From assembly GCA_041611735.1 (NCBI GenBank), contig JBFIML010000009.1:28545-92544 (forward strand): DNA of 64,000 nucleotides. Reading direction: 5' to 3'. Both the position numbers and the translations under genes were made by a program. Of the stretch, positions 13,265 through 22,987 are shown piece after piece (position 1 is the stretch's first letter; the number at the start of each line of letters is the position of its first letter). The notes beneath the pieces are model-generated. The model was not told where the DNA came from, made no database searches, and worked only from the letters and a program-made list of their open reading frames with translations. The stretch is from Myxococcota bacterium (GTDB lineage Bacteria > Myxococcota_A > UBA9160 > PR03).

Positions 13265-13786
13265 ATGGACGCGAGACGATGGACCGTGCTGGCAGGCCTG
13301 GCCCTGGTGTTGGCCTGGGGCACGGGTGCCTCGGACGAGGCCGTCAAGATCGGCGTGGTCGACCTGGACCAGGCCATCAACTCGACCGACCAGGGCAAGA
13401 AGGCCCGCGAGGAGCTGGCGCGCAAGCAGCGTGACGCCGAGTCCAAGATGCAGCCGCTGCTCGAGCGCTACCAGCAGATGGTGGAGGAGGTCAAGAGCAA
13501 GCGCTTCGTGCTGTCGGACGAGGCGCTCTTCCAGAAGCAGCTCGATCTCGCCGAGCTCGGCAACGAGATCGACAGCAAGCGCAAGGAGATCCTGGGGCAG
13601 CTCAAGGTGGATCGCGAGCGGCTCGAGGGCCCCCTGCGCGCCAAGCTGGCGGACATCGTGCAGGAGCTGGGGAAGCAGCAGGGATTCACCGTCATCCTGG
13701 CCCGCGGGACCCCAGGCCTCATGTACACCCGGGAGGCCCTGGACATCACGGATTTGGTGATCGACCGCTTCAACAAGAAGGGCTGA
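13265..13786 (+). CDS. skp: OmpH/Skp periplasmic chaperone
   Basis: Signal peptide, KIGVVD, helical body, DITDLVI tail; position after bamA. Confidence 0.92.
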   Translation: MDARRWTVLAGLALVLAWGTGASDEAVKIGVVDLDQAINSTDQGKKAREELARKQRDAESKMQPLLERYQQMVEEVKSKRFVLSDEALFQKQLDLAELGNEIDSKRKEILGQLKVDRERLEGPLRAKLADIVQELGKQQGFTVILARGTPGLMYTREALDITDLVIDRFNKKG

Positions 13787-13788
13787 GG

Positions 13789-14571
13789 TTGGCCCGCGTC
13801 CACCCCGCCGCCATCGTCGACCCGGGGGCGAAGCTCGCCGCCGACGTGGAGGTCGGCCCCTTCGCGGTGATCGGTCCCGACGTGGAGCTCGCCGCCGGCG
13901 TGGTGGTGGGGGCCCACGCGTTGGTTGCGGGTCACACGGTGGTGGGGCCGCGCACCCGGATCTTCCCGTTCGCCGCCGTGGGCGGCGAACCCCAGGACAA
14001 GACCTTCTCCGGGGAGACCACCCGCCTGGCGATCGGCGCCGACAACGTGATCCGGGAGCACGTGACGGTCCACGTGGGCACGCCCAAAGGCGGCGGCTGC
14101 ACGCGGATCGGCGACGACAACCTGATCATGAACGGCGCCCACGTGGCCCACGACTGCCAGATCGGCTCCCACTGCATCGTGGCGAGCTTCTGCGGCCTGG
14201 CAGGGCACGTGACGGTGGGAGACCACGCGGTGCTCGGCGCCTACACGGGCGTGCACCAGTTCTCGCGGGTCGGGGAGTCGGTGATGACCGCCGCCAACTC
14301 CATGCTCTCCCAGGACGCGCCCCCCTTTGCCATGGTGGCGGGCGACCGGGCCCGGCTGGTGGGCGTGAACGTGATCGGCTTGCGCCGCCGCGGCTTCCCG
14401 GAGGAGACCCTGCGCGCCGTGAAGCACGCCTTCCACGTGCTGTTCGGCTCGAAGCTGCGCCAGGAGGAGGCGCTCGGCCGCCTGCGCGGCGAGGGAGCGC
14501 CGCTGCCGGATGTGGAGCGGCTGCTGCGCTTCCTCGAGACGAGCGAGCGGGGCGTCTGCCGCCCCCGGTGA
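13789..14571 (+). CDS. lpxA: UDP-N-acetylglucosamine acyltransferase
   Basis: Hexapeptide repeats, PQD, HVAHDC, LAGHV, VHQF, GLRRRGF. Confidence 0.96.
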   Translation: MARVHPAAIVDPGAKLAADVEVGPFAVIGPDVELAAGVVVGAHALVAGHTVVGPRTRIFPFAAVGGEPQDKTFSGETTRLAIGADNVIREHVTVHVGTPKGGGCTRIGDDNLIMNGAHVAHDCQIGSHCIVASFCGLAGHVTVGDHAVLGAYTGVHQFSRVGESVMTAANSMLSQDAPPFAMVAGDRARLVGVNVIGLRRRGFPEETLRAVKHAFHVLFGSKLRQEEALGRLRGEGAPLPDVERLLRFLETSERGVCRPR

Positions 14572-15425
14572 GCGAAGCCGCAGGCCACACCCTCGGGCTG
14601 ATCGCCGGCTGGGGCGGGCTGCCCCGGGATCTCGCGCGCGCCGCAGGCCGCCACGGACATCGCGTGCTGGCGCTGGGCTTCCGCGGCCTGACCTCGGAGG
14701 CGCTGGCCGACGACGTGGACCGGCTGGTCTGGCTCCACCTGGGCGAGCTCGATAAGCTGATCCGCACCCTGCGCGAGGCCGGCGCCCGGGAAGTGGTCCT
14801 GGCGGGCAAGGTGCCGAAGACGAGCCTCTTCGAGACGCCGGACCTGGTGCGCCCCGACGCGCGCGCCCTCGCCCTGATCGGGCGCCTGGCGGAGCGCGGC
14901 GACGACGCGATCCTGTGCGCCCTGGCCGAGACCCTCGAGGCCGAAGGCATCCGGGTGCGCGGCCAGGACGAGCTGGCCCCGGAGCTGCTCGCGCCGGAAG
15001 GGGTGCTCGGGGTCCGCACGCCCACCCCCGCCGAGCTCGCCGACGTGCGCTACGCCTGGCCCATCGCCAAGGCCATCGGCGCCCTCGACGTGGGCCAGAC
15101 CGTGGTGGTGCGCGACCGGACCGTCCTGGCCGTGGAAGCCATCGAGGGCACCGACGCCGCCATCCGCCGCGGCGGGGCGCTGGGCCGCGAGGGGGCCTGC
15201 GTGGTGAAGGTGGCCAAGCCCACCCAGGACCCGCGCTTCGACCTGCCCGCCGTCGGTCCCCAGACCGTGGCGGTGCTCGCGCAGGTGAGGGCGGCCGTGC
15301 TGGCGGTGGAGGCGGGCCGCACGCTGCTGCTCGAGCGCGAGGAGCTCATCAAGATCGCAGACGGCCAGGACATCTGTGTGCTCGGCCTGCGGCACGGGGA
15401 TGCGGAGCCGGAGGAGCCGACGTGA
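14568..15425 (+). CDS. lpxI: UDP-2,3-diacylglucosamine diphosphatase LpxI
   Basis: LGLIAG, DVGQTVVV, AVEAIEGTD, QDPRFDLPAVG. Confidence 0.92.
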   Translation: MSEAAGHTLGLIAGWGGLPRDLARAAGRHGHRVLALGFRGLTSEALADDVDRLVWLHLGELDKLIRTLREAGAREVVLAGKVPKTSLFETPDLVRPDARALALIGRLAERGDDAILCALAETLEAEGIRVRGQDELAPELLAPEGVLGVRTPTPAELADVRYAWPIAKAIGALDVGQTVVVRDRTVLAVEAIEGTDAAIRRGGALGREGACVVKVAKPTQDPRFDLPAVGPQTVAVLAQVRAAVLAVEAGRTLLLEREELIKIADGQDICVLGLRHGDAEPEEPT

Positions 15426-16381
15426 GGCCCGTACGCGTCGCCGTGGTCGGAGCGGGTCACATGGGGCGCCTGCACCTGGAGAAGCTGGCCTGGCTGCGCG
15501 ATCGCGAGTCGGTCGTCACCCTGGTGGGGGTGGCCGACCTCGACGAGACGAAGGCCCGCGAGGTGGCGGAGCGCTTCGGGACGCGCGGGGTGAGCGACTT
15601 CAGGGAGCTCCTCGACGGGGCCGACGCGGCCATCGTGGCGGTCCCTACCGTGCGGCACTTCGAAGTGGTGGACGCGGTGCTCGAGGCAGGCCTGCACGTG
15701 CTGGTGGAGAAGCCGATCGCCGCCACCCTGGCCGAGGCGGAGGTGCTGCTGGAGCGGGCGCGGGCCGGCGCCCGCATCTTCAAGGTGGGACACCTGGAGT
15801 GGTTCAACTCGGCCATGCGGGCCATGCAGGGCATGATCCGACGGCCCCGCTTCGTGGAGGCCCACCGCCTCGGCCCCTTCCCGGGGCGCGCCACCGACGT
15901 GGACGTGGTGCGCGACCTGATGATCCACGACCTCGACGTCGTGCAGCGGCTCGTCGGGGCGGAGCCGGAGCGCGTCGAGGCGGTGGGCGTCCCGGTGCTC
16001 TCCAACGAAGTGGACATCGCAAACGCGCGCCTGGCCTTCCCGGGCGGTTGCGTGGCCAACTTCACCGCGAGTCGCGTCTCCCCCACGCCCATGCGCAAGA
16101 TCCGCTTCTTCCAGGCGGACGGCTACTTCTCCATCGACTTCCTGGCCCAGTCGGCGGTGGTGTTCCGCCGGCTCAAGCCCCCGGGAGGCGGCGAGCCGCG
16201 CATCGAGATGGAGAAGCTCGACATCGACCGCGACGACGCCCTGCTGGCCCAGCTGCACGCCTTCCTGCATGCGATCCGCAGCGGTCGCCCCGCCTGGGAG
16301 GAGGGCGAGGCCGGGCTGCGCGCACTGCGCACCGCCCTGCGCGTCGTGGAGGCTCTGCCCCCGCTCGACGAGCTTCGATGA
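15422..16381 (+). CDS. Gfo/Idh/MocA oxidoreductase, GnnA-like
   Basis: VVGAGHMG, VLVEKP, DLMIHDLD; embedded between lpxI and lpxB. Confidence 0.85.
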   Translation: MRPVRVAVVGAGHMGRLHLEKLAWLRDRESVVTLVGVADLDETKAREVAERFGTRGVSDFRELLDGADAAIVAVPTVRHFEVVDAVLEAGLHVLVEKPIAATLAEAEVLLERARAGARIFKVGHLEWFNSAMRAMQGMIRRPRFVEAHRLGPFPGRATDVDVVRDLMIHDLDVVQRLVGAEPERVEAVGVPVLSNEVDIANARLAFPGGCVANFTASRVSPTPMRKIRFFQADGYFSIDFLAQSAVVFRRLKPPGGGEPRIEMEKLDIDRDDALLAQLHAFLHAIRSGRPAWEEGEAGLRALRTALRVVEALPPLDELR

Positions 16382-17544
16382 CCCGCCTGCTCGTCTCGGC
16401 CGCGGACGCTTCCGGCGACCTGCACACGGCCGAGCTGGTGGAGGCCTTGCGCGAACGCCGGCCCGAGCTGCGCTGGGTCGGGGTGGGTGGCGACGCCATG
16501 GCGCGGGCCGGCGTGGAGCTCCTGGTGCACCAGCGCGAGCTCGCCGTGGGTGGCCTCGTGGAGGTGCTCGGCAGCCTGGCGCGGGTGGCGGGCGCCTGGC
16601 GGCGCCTGGCGCGCGCCGTGCGCGAGGCACCTCCGGACCTGGCCATCCTGGTGGACTCGCCGGACTTCAACCTGCCCCTGGCGCGACGCCTGAAGCGGCG
16701 CGGCATCCCGATCCTCTACTACGTGAGTCCCCAGGTGTGGGCGTGGCGGGCCGGGCGGGCGCGCAAGCTGGCCCGGCGCGTCGACCGCCTGGCGGTGATC
16801 TTTCCCTTCGAGACCCGGGTCTACGCGGGCACCGGCCTGCGCGTGGACTTCGTGGGGCATCCGCTCGTCGAGCGGCTGGCGGAAGTGCGGGCCAAGTACG
16901 ACCGGGCCGGCGCTCGCGCCGCCTTGGGGCTCGACCCGGAGGCGCCGGTCGTGGTGCTGCTGCCCGGGAGCCGGCGCAACGAGCTGCGCTACGGGCTGCC
17001 GCTCGTGGCCGAGACGGCGCGGCGTCTGCGGGTGCAGGTGCCGCGCATCCGCTTCGTGCTGGCCCTCGCCCCCACCGTGCTGCGGGCGGACGCGGAGGCG
17101 GGCCTCGCCGGGGCCGGCCTTCCGCCGGGCTTCCCGCTGCAGCTGGTCCAGGGGCGCACCTACCAGGCGATTCGCGCCGCGGACGCCGCCCTGGCCAAGC
17201 CGGGCACGATCACGGTGGAGCTGGCGCTGCTCGGCTGCCCGCTGGTGGTGGCGGGCCGCGCGAACCCCGTGAGCGTCGCCATCCTGCGCCGCCTCGTGCG
17301 CGTTCCCTCCCTCACCATGCCCAACCTGATTGCCGGCGCGCCGGTGGTCCCCGAGTTCCTGCAGGCGGAGGCCATCCCGGAACGGATCGCCGCCGCGCTC
17401 CGCGAGCTCCTCACGGGAGCGGCGCGGGAGCTCCAGCTCGCCCGGCTCGTGCAGGTGCGACGACGCCTGGGGCGAGGCGGCGCTGCGCGCCGCACTGCGG
17501 AGATCGCCGAGGAGATGCTGGCTGCACGCGGTGTGGCGGCATAG
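16378..17544 (+). CDS. lpxB: Lipid A disaccharide synthase
   Basis: ASGDLH, VDSPDFN, YYVSPQVWAWR, FVGHP, LLPGSR. Confidence 0.96.
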   Translation: MTRLLVSAADASGDLHTAELVEALRERRPELRWVGVGGDAMARAGVELLVHQRELAVGGLVEVLGSLARVAGAWRRLARAVREAPPDLAILVDSPDFNLPLARRLKRRGIPILYYVSPQVWAWRAGRARKLARRVDRLAVIFPFETRVYAGTGLRVDFVGHPLVERLAEVRAKYDRAGARAALGLDPEAPVVVLLPGSRRNELRYGLPLVAETARRLRVQVPRIRFVLALAPTVLRADAEAGLAGAGLPPGFPLQLVQGRTYQAIRAADAALAKPGTITVELALLGCPLVVAGRANPVSVAILRRLVRVPSLTMPNLIAGAPVVPEFLQAEAIPERIAAALRELLTGAARELQLARLVQVRRRLGRGGAARRTAEIAEEMLAARGVAA

Positions 17545-18790
17545 CGGCGCGGCGGTGACGGCGCTCGCCGTGGCGCCCCCGGCGCTGCTGGCGCTGCTCC
17601 TGCGGCCGCGCTGGCGCGAGGGCCTCGGGTTGCGCCTGGGACGGGCGCCACGCCTGGCTCCGGGTGCGGTCTGGGTGCACGGGGCCAGCGTGGGGGAGGT
17701 GCTGGCGGCGACGCGGCTCCTCGATGCCCTGGCCCAGCGCGGCCAGCCCCTGCTGGCCTCCAGCATGACCGCGGCAGGCCGCCGGGTGCTGCAGCGCACC
17801 CGTCCGGAGATTCCGAGCACGCTGGCGCCCCTCGACCATCCCTGGTGCGTGGCGGCCGCGCTCGCGCGCGTGGCGCCGCGGGCCCTGGTCCTGGTGGAGA
17901 CGGAGCTGTGGCCCGCCTGGATCGCCGGGGCGACGCGCCGCGGGATCCCGGTGTTGACGGTTTCGGCGCGCCTCTCGGCGCGCAGCCTGGCGCGCTACCG
18001 ACGGGTCGGTCGGCTCCTGGCACCCACCTGGCGGCGCCTGGCGGCGGTCGGGGCGCGCACGCCCGAGGACGCCGAGCGCTTCATGGCCCTCGGCATCCCC
18101 GCCGAGCGGATGCGGGTGACGGGCGACTTGAAGCTGGAGCCTCCCGAGCGCGTTCCCGAGGTCGCGCCCGATCTGGCGGCGCTCCTGGGCGAGGGACCCG
18201 CGTGGATGGCGGCCAGCACCCATGCACCGGAGGAGGAGGTCGCGCTGGACGCCCTGGATGCGGTGCAGGCGGCCGGTCTGGCGACGGCACTCGTGCTGGC
18301 GCCCCGGCGCCTGGAGCGGATCGAGGAGGTGGCGGCCCTGGTCCGCGCGCGCGGCCGGCGGCTGCGCCGCCGCTCCCGGGCGGGCGGGGCACCGCTCGCC
18401 CCCGGCGAGGTCCTGCTCCTCGACAGCCTGGGCGAGCTTCCCGGTCTGTTGCCACGCGCTGCGGCGGTCTTCGTGGGCGGGACCCTCGCGCCCCGCGGTG
18501 GCCACAACGTGCTCGAGCCCGCGCTCGCCGGGCGTCCCGTCCTCTTCGGACCCCACACCCGCAACGTGCGCGAGGCGGCCGAGCGTCTGCTCGCATGCGG
18601 CGCCGCGGAGCGGGTGACGGACGCGGGCGCGCTGGCCCGCTCGCTCGTCGCCTGGCTGGGCGACCCTCAGGAAGCCCGCCGCCGCGGCGAGGCGGGGCGC
18701 AGCGAGCTGGCCCGCCACCGGGGCGCCACCCTGCGCACCCTGGCGCTGCTCGACGAGGTGCTGGCGCGCTCGGCTCGGGAGCCGCGGTGA
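17531..18790 (+). CDS. waaA: Kdo transferase
   Basis: VWVHGASVGE, VETELWP, TGDLK, AASTH, GGHNVLEP; start uncertain (GTG 17531 or CTG 17522). Confidence 0.93.
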   Translation: MWRHSGAAVTALAVAPPALLALLLRPRWREGLGLRLGRAPRLAPGAVWVHGASVGEVLAATRLLDALAQRGQPLLASSMTAAGRRVLQRTRPEIPSTLAPLDHPWCVAAALARVAPRALVLVETELWPAWIAGATRRGIPVLTVSARLSARSLARYRRVGRLLAPTWRRLAAVGARTPEDAERFMALGIPAERMRVTGDLKLEPPERVPEVAPDLAALLGEGPAWMAASTHAPEEEVALDALDAVQAAGLATALVLAPRRLERIEEVAALVRARGRRLRRRSRAGGAPLAPGEVLLLDSLGELPGLLPRAAAVFVGGTLAPRGGHNVLEPALAGRPVLFGPHTRNVREAAERLLACGAAERVTDAGALARSLVAWLGDPQEARRRGEAGRSELARHRGATLRTLALLDEVLARSAREPR

Positions 18791-19860
18791 GGCGCCCGAC
18801 CTGGTTCGAGGAGCGCGAGGAAGCGACGCTCCGGCGCTTCCTGCTGGCGCCCATCACCGGGCTCTCCTGGCTCTACGCCGCCGCCGCCTGGCTGCATCGC
18901 ACCCTGCATGCGCGTGGCTTCCTGCGCAGGCGACGGGTCTCCTGCCGGGTGGTGAGCGTCGGCAACCTCTCGGTGGGCGGCACTGGCAAGACGCCGGCCG
19001 TGGCCTGGCTGGCCCGGGCCCTGCGCCGGCGGGGCCACAAGGTGGTGCTGGCGAGCCGCGGCTACCGGCGCCGCGGCCACGAGCCGGTGCTCGTCGTCTC
19101 GGACGGCCGCTACGTGCAGGCGAGCGCGGAGCAGGCGGGGGACGAGCCGTTGCTCCTGGCCGCCCACGCTCCGGGCGTCCCGGTCCTGGTGGGGCCCGAC
19201 CGGGCGGTGGTGGCCCTGCGCGGGATCGCCGCCTTCGCGGCCGAGGTGGTGATCCTGGACGATGGCTTCCAGCACCACCGGCTCGCTCGCGACGTGGAGA
19301 TCGTCTGCTTCGACGGTCGCGCGGGCCTGGGCAACGGCCACGTGCTGCCGCGCGGACCGCTGCGCGAGCCCATCGGGGCCCTCGCCCGCGCCGACGCCAT
19401 CCTGGTGGTGGATGGGCCGCTCCCCGACGAGGACGCCACCCGCATCGGTGCCCACGCGCCAGGGGTGGCCTGGTTCGCCGCCCGCCGCCGGCCCCTCGGA
19501 CTGCGGCCCCTGGAGGGCGGGGCGCTGGCGCCCCTGGACGCCCTGCGCGACGCCCGGGTGGGGATGCTGGCGGGCATCGCCCGGCCCACGTCGCTGCGGC
19601 GCACGCTCCAGGCCCTCGGCGCCGTGGTGGTGACGGAGCGCATCTTCCCGGACCATCACCGCTACCGCGCCAGGGACCTCGCCGGTCTCGCCGCCGTGGC
19701 GCCGCGTTGGGTCACCACGGAGAAGGATGCGGTCAAGATCCTGCCCGAGTGGCTGGAAGAGGGCGTCGACCTCGACGTGCTCGTGGTGGAGCTCGATCCG
19801 GAGCAGCCGGAGCGGCTACTCGGCTGGCTCGAGGAGCGCCTGCGCGCCGCGCGCCGCTAG
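18787..19860 (+). CDS. lpxK: Tetraacyldisaccharide 4'-kinase
   Basis: VGNLSVGGTGKTP, SRGY, GDEP, LDDGFQH, TTEKDAVK. Confidence 0.96.
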   Translation: MRRPTWFEEREEATLRRFLLAPITGLSWLYAAAAWLHRTLHARGFLRRRRVSCRVVSVGNLSVGGTGKTPAVAWLARALRRRGHKVVLASRGYRRRGHEPVLVVSDGRYVQASAEQAGDEPLLLAAHAPGVPVLVGPDRAVVALRGIAAFAAEVVILDDGFQHHRLARDVEIVCFDGRAGLGNGHVLPRGPLREPIGALARADAILVVDGPLPDEDATRIGAHAPGVAWFAARRRPLGLRPLEGGALAPLDALRDARVGMLAGIARPTSLRRTLQALGAVVVTERIFPDHHRYRARDLAGLAAVAPRWVTTEKDAVKILPEWLEEGVDLDVLVVELDPEQPERLLGWLEERLRAARR

Positions 19861-20726
19861 GCCGTGCCCGGCTCCGACCCGGGCGCCCCTCGCCGGTAGC
19901 GCCACGCGTGCAGGGCCACCCGCCGGCGCTCGCGCGCCAGGCGCGCCAGCATGGCGCGCCGCAGCACGCGATCGCCCGCCACGTACGCCCGGAAGCAGGC
20001 CGCGCAGCCGCGCACGCCCACCCGGTCCTCCAGACCCTGCTTGCGCAGCGAGCGGTAGAGGCGCATCAGCTCGCGCATGCGCGCAGCCGGCGCCACGCGG
20101 AGCACGTGGCGCGCCCGATCCAGGTCGATCACGATCACCTCGAACCCTTGGGCGCCTTCGCGGACGAGCAGGTTCTTCAAGTGCAGGTCCGCATGGCGGC
20201 CGCCCGCGTCGTGGAAGCGGCGCACGGCACGGCCCACCGACCGCGCGGCGTTGCGCACCCGGCGCGCGTCCGGTCCGGCGGCCAGGAAGGCGAGCCCGTC
20301 CACCGCATGCGCCTCGCGCCGCGTGGCCACCGCGCCGTTCCAGATCGGCCCGAGGCGTCGCCAGGCCAGCGCCAGGGCGGGCTGCGGCACCGGAGCGCCG
20401 GCCGCGCGCAGCGCGACGGTGGCGCGCAGCTCGCCCAGGGGGCGCCCGGGCCCCAGCAGGGCTCCCCGCAGCAGCGGGGCCAGCAGCCCCCCCCGGCGCA
20501 CGGGCCGCAGCACGAGTGTCACGGCCAGCCCCGGCAGCGCCACCTCGGCGGTGGGGGCGCGCCCGGAGGCCCCCTGGCCCCGCGCCAGGCGCTCTGCCAG
20601 CCGGGCCGGGTCCAACAGGCCCGCTGGGCGGAGCGCCGGCGCGAGCTCGGCGTCCACCAGCGCCACCAGGGGACCCTCGCGCAGGGCCAGGAAGCCCGGC
20701 GGCGCCGTGCCCGCCCCGCGGCTCAC
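19857..20726 (-). CDS. Kdo/WaaP-family LPS kinase, most similar in motif to Kdo kinase
   Basis: RRGGL, HADLHLKNLL catalytic loop, VIDLDRA, RLYRSLRK. Confidence 0.75.
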   Translation of the reverse strand: MSRGAGTAPPGFLALREGPLVALVDAELAPALRPAGLLDPARLAERLARGQGASGRAPTAEVALPGLAVTLVLRPVRRGGLLAPLLRGALLGPGRPLGELRATVALRAAGAPVPQPALALAWRRLGPIWNGAVATRREAHAVDGLAFLAAGPDARRVRNAARSVGRAVRRFHDAGGRHADLHLKNLLVREGAQGFEVIVIDLDRARHVLRVAPAARMRELMRLYRSLRKQGLEDRVGVRGCAACFRAYVAGDRVLRRAMLARLARERRRVALHAWRYRRGAPGSEPGTA

Positions 20727-21847
20727 GTCTCTCCGCGTCGGGTCCGAAGCAGGAGCGGCACCGCCACGGCCGCAAAGGTCAGGTTCGGGATCCAGAGCGT
20801 CGCCGCAGCCGGCAGCGTGCCGGTCTGCCCGAGCGAGATCCCGAGCGAGAGGAGCGCGTAATAGGCCACCACCAGCAGCACGCAGAGCATCGTTCCCCAG
20901 GAACGAGCGCCGCGTGTGCGCCGCTGGGCCAAAGGCACGGCGAGGAGCGCGAAGACGAGGGGCGCAAAGGGCAGAGCCAGGCGCCGGTGGATCTGCACCC
21001 GGTAGTGGTTCGGGTCACGCCGGCGTGCCTCCGGGGGCAGGGTGTCGGCCTCCGTCTGGGCCAACACGGTGCGCAGCTCACCGAAGGTCATCTCGTTGGG
21101 GCGCGGCGTACGCGCTTCGTCGAGAAGCGTGGTGGCGTCGATGGCGTAGTGGAAGCGTTCGAAGGCGATGCGTCGGTGCCGCTCCTCGTCGTCGCCTCTT
21201 GGGTCCAGATGCAGGTCCCCGTGCTCGAGCTCGAGCACGATCTCGACCCGCTCGGGATCGAAGCGGAAGCGCCCGCTCTCGGCCACGATCACGAAGGGCC
21301 GCTGGGGATCGCTCCGATCGGCCACGAAGACGCCGGTCAGGCGATTCTCCGTGTCGCGCTCCTGCACGTAGATGACGCGCCCCGCCAGGTTGCGAAAGGT
21401 TCCCGGCTCGAGGATCGCTCCGCGCGAAGCCACGTCCTTGAGCACGGCCCGCAGCCTGAGCCGGGCGGCCGGCTCCACCTGCACGATCAACACCGCCGTG
21501 CCCACGCTGACGAGCAGGGCCAGCGCCAGGACGGGCGTGAGCAGCGCCGCTTGACCCAGCCCGCAGGCCCGCATGGCCTTGATCTCGGAGTCCGAAGCGA
21601 GCCGTCCCACGGCCACCAGCACCCCGAACAGGAAAGCCACCGGCACCGCGTAGGCCGAGAGCATGGGGAACAGGCACGCCACCACGGTCCAGGCGTCGCG
21701 CGCCACGAATCCCACCGCCACCAGGTCCTCCAGCCGGCGCAGCAGGTTCTGGGCGATCAGGATGGCCGCGAAGGCCACGAAGCCCAGCGCGGTGTAGAGC
21801 GTCACTTCGCGGAGCACGTAGCCGAAGAGGGTGCGGGATTGCGGCAT
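20723..21847 (-). CDS. lptF: LPS export permease, LptF/LptG family (LptF-like)
   Basis: GRLASDSEIKAMRACG, EPGTF, IHRRLALPFA, WIPN; six TM helices around a periplasmic domain. Confidence 0.85.
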   Translation of the reverse strand: MPQSRTLFGYVLREVTLYTALGFVAFAAILIAQNLLRRLEDLVAVGFVARDAWTVVACLFPMLSAYAVPVAFLFGVLVAVGRLASDSEIKAMRACGLGQAALLTPVLALALLVSVGTAVLIVQVEPAARLRLRAVLKDVASRGAILEPGTFRNLAGRVIYVQERDTENRLTGVFVADRSDPQRPFVIVAESGRFRFDPERVEIVLELEHGDLHLDPRGDDEERHRRIAFERFHYAIDATTLLDEARTPRPNEMTFGELRTVLAQTEADTLPPEARRRDPNHYRVQIHRRLALPFAPLVFALLAVPLAQRRTRGARSWGTMLCVLLVVAYYALLSLGISLGQTGTLPAAATLWIPNLTFAAVAVPLLLRTRRGET

Positions 21848-21892
21848 GCCGCAGTATCCTAACGGCCACCCACCCCCGCCGCGAGGCTCGCC

Positions 21893-22987
21893 ATCGTCAC
21901 CTGCACCAACGCACTGGCCCAGCCGCCCGCGGCCGATCGCATCCTGGTCCTGCGTCTGGGAGCGGTCGGCGACGTGGTGCGCACGTTGCCGGCTGCATCG
22001 ACCCTGCGTGCGGCCTATCCGGGCTCCCACCTGGCGTGGCTGGTGGAGTCGCCCGCACGCAGCCTGCTCGAGGCGCAAGCCTGGATCGATGAGGTCATCG
22101 AGTTCCCGCGCGTGGCGCTGCGGGAGGCCTTGCGTCGCGGGCAGGTCGCGGCCGCTCGGCGGGTGCTGAAGGTCTTCCTGCGCGAGCTGCGCGAACGACG
22201 TTTCGACCTGACCGTGGACTTCCATTCGATCCTGAAGAGCGGCCTGCTGGCTCGGGCCAGCGGGGCCCCGCTGCGGGTGGGCTACGCGCTGCCCTACGCG
22301 CGGGAGGGTGCGTGGCTGTTCGCGAACCGGCGCGTACGGCTGTCGGCGCCGAAGTCGAGCCGCTTCGAGCGCAACGCGGCGCTGGTGGCCTTCCTGGGCG
22401 TGGGCGCCCCGTCCGCCAGGCAGCCGCTTCGCATCGAGACGCGAGCCCTGGCCCGGGCCCGGGCAGGCCTCGGCGCCGGCCCCGCGCCCGTGGTGATGCA
22501 TCCGGGCACCAGCGATGCGACGCCCCACAAGCGCTGGACGGTGGCGGGCTACGCGGCGGTGGCCCGTTCACTGGCCAAGCATGCAGGCCTTTCCAGCGTG
22601 GTGAGCCATGGGCCGGCCCGGGACGACCGCGGCTTCGCCGAGGCGGTGGTCGGCGCCTCCCAGGGCACCGCGCGTCTGGCCCCCGAGACCGCGGGCCTGA
22701 CGGACCTGGCAGCGCTCTTCTCCCTGTGTCGCCTCTACGTGGGCAGCGACTCGGGTCCCATGCACGTCGCCTCGCTGGTCGGAACGCCGGTCGTCCAGAT
22801 CCTCGGCCCGACCGATCCGCTGGAGAACCGGCCGTGGTCCGGGACGCCCTCCCGCAGCGTGCGTCGTGCGGTGTCCTGCAGTCCCTGCCGGCGCGGCTGC
22901 GCCGCGGTCACCTGCATGCGGGTCGTGTCGCCGGAGGCGGTGATCGCGGCCGCCCGCGAGCTGCTCGCGTTCCGGAGCGAAGCGTGA
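21893..22987 (+). CDS. GT9 heptosyltransferase (WaaC/OpsX-like); start apparently non-canonical
   Basis: RILVLRLGAVGDVV, HPGTS..KRW, GSDSGPMHVA, LGPT. Confidence 0.88.
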   Translation: MVTCTNALAQPPAADRILVLRLGAVGDVVRTLPAASTLRAAYPGSHLAWLVESPARSLLEAQAWIDEVIEFPRVALREALRRGQVAAARRVLKVFLRELRERRFDLTVDFHSILKSGLLARASGAPLRVGYALPYAREGAWLFANRRVRLSAPKSSRFERNAALVAFLGVGAPSARQPLRIETRALARARAGLGAGPAPVVMHPGTSDATPHKRWTVAGYAAVARSLAKHAGLSSVVSHGPARDDRGFAEAVVGASQGTARLAPETAGLTDLAALFSLCRLYVGSDSGPMHVASLVGTPVVQILGPTDPLENRPWSGTPSRSVRRAVSCSPCRRGCAAVTCMRVVSPEAVIAAARELLAFRSEA

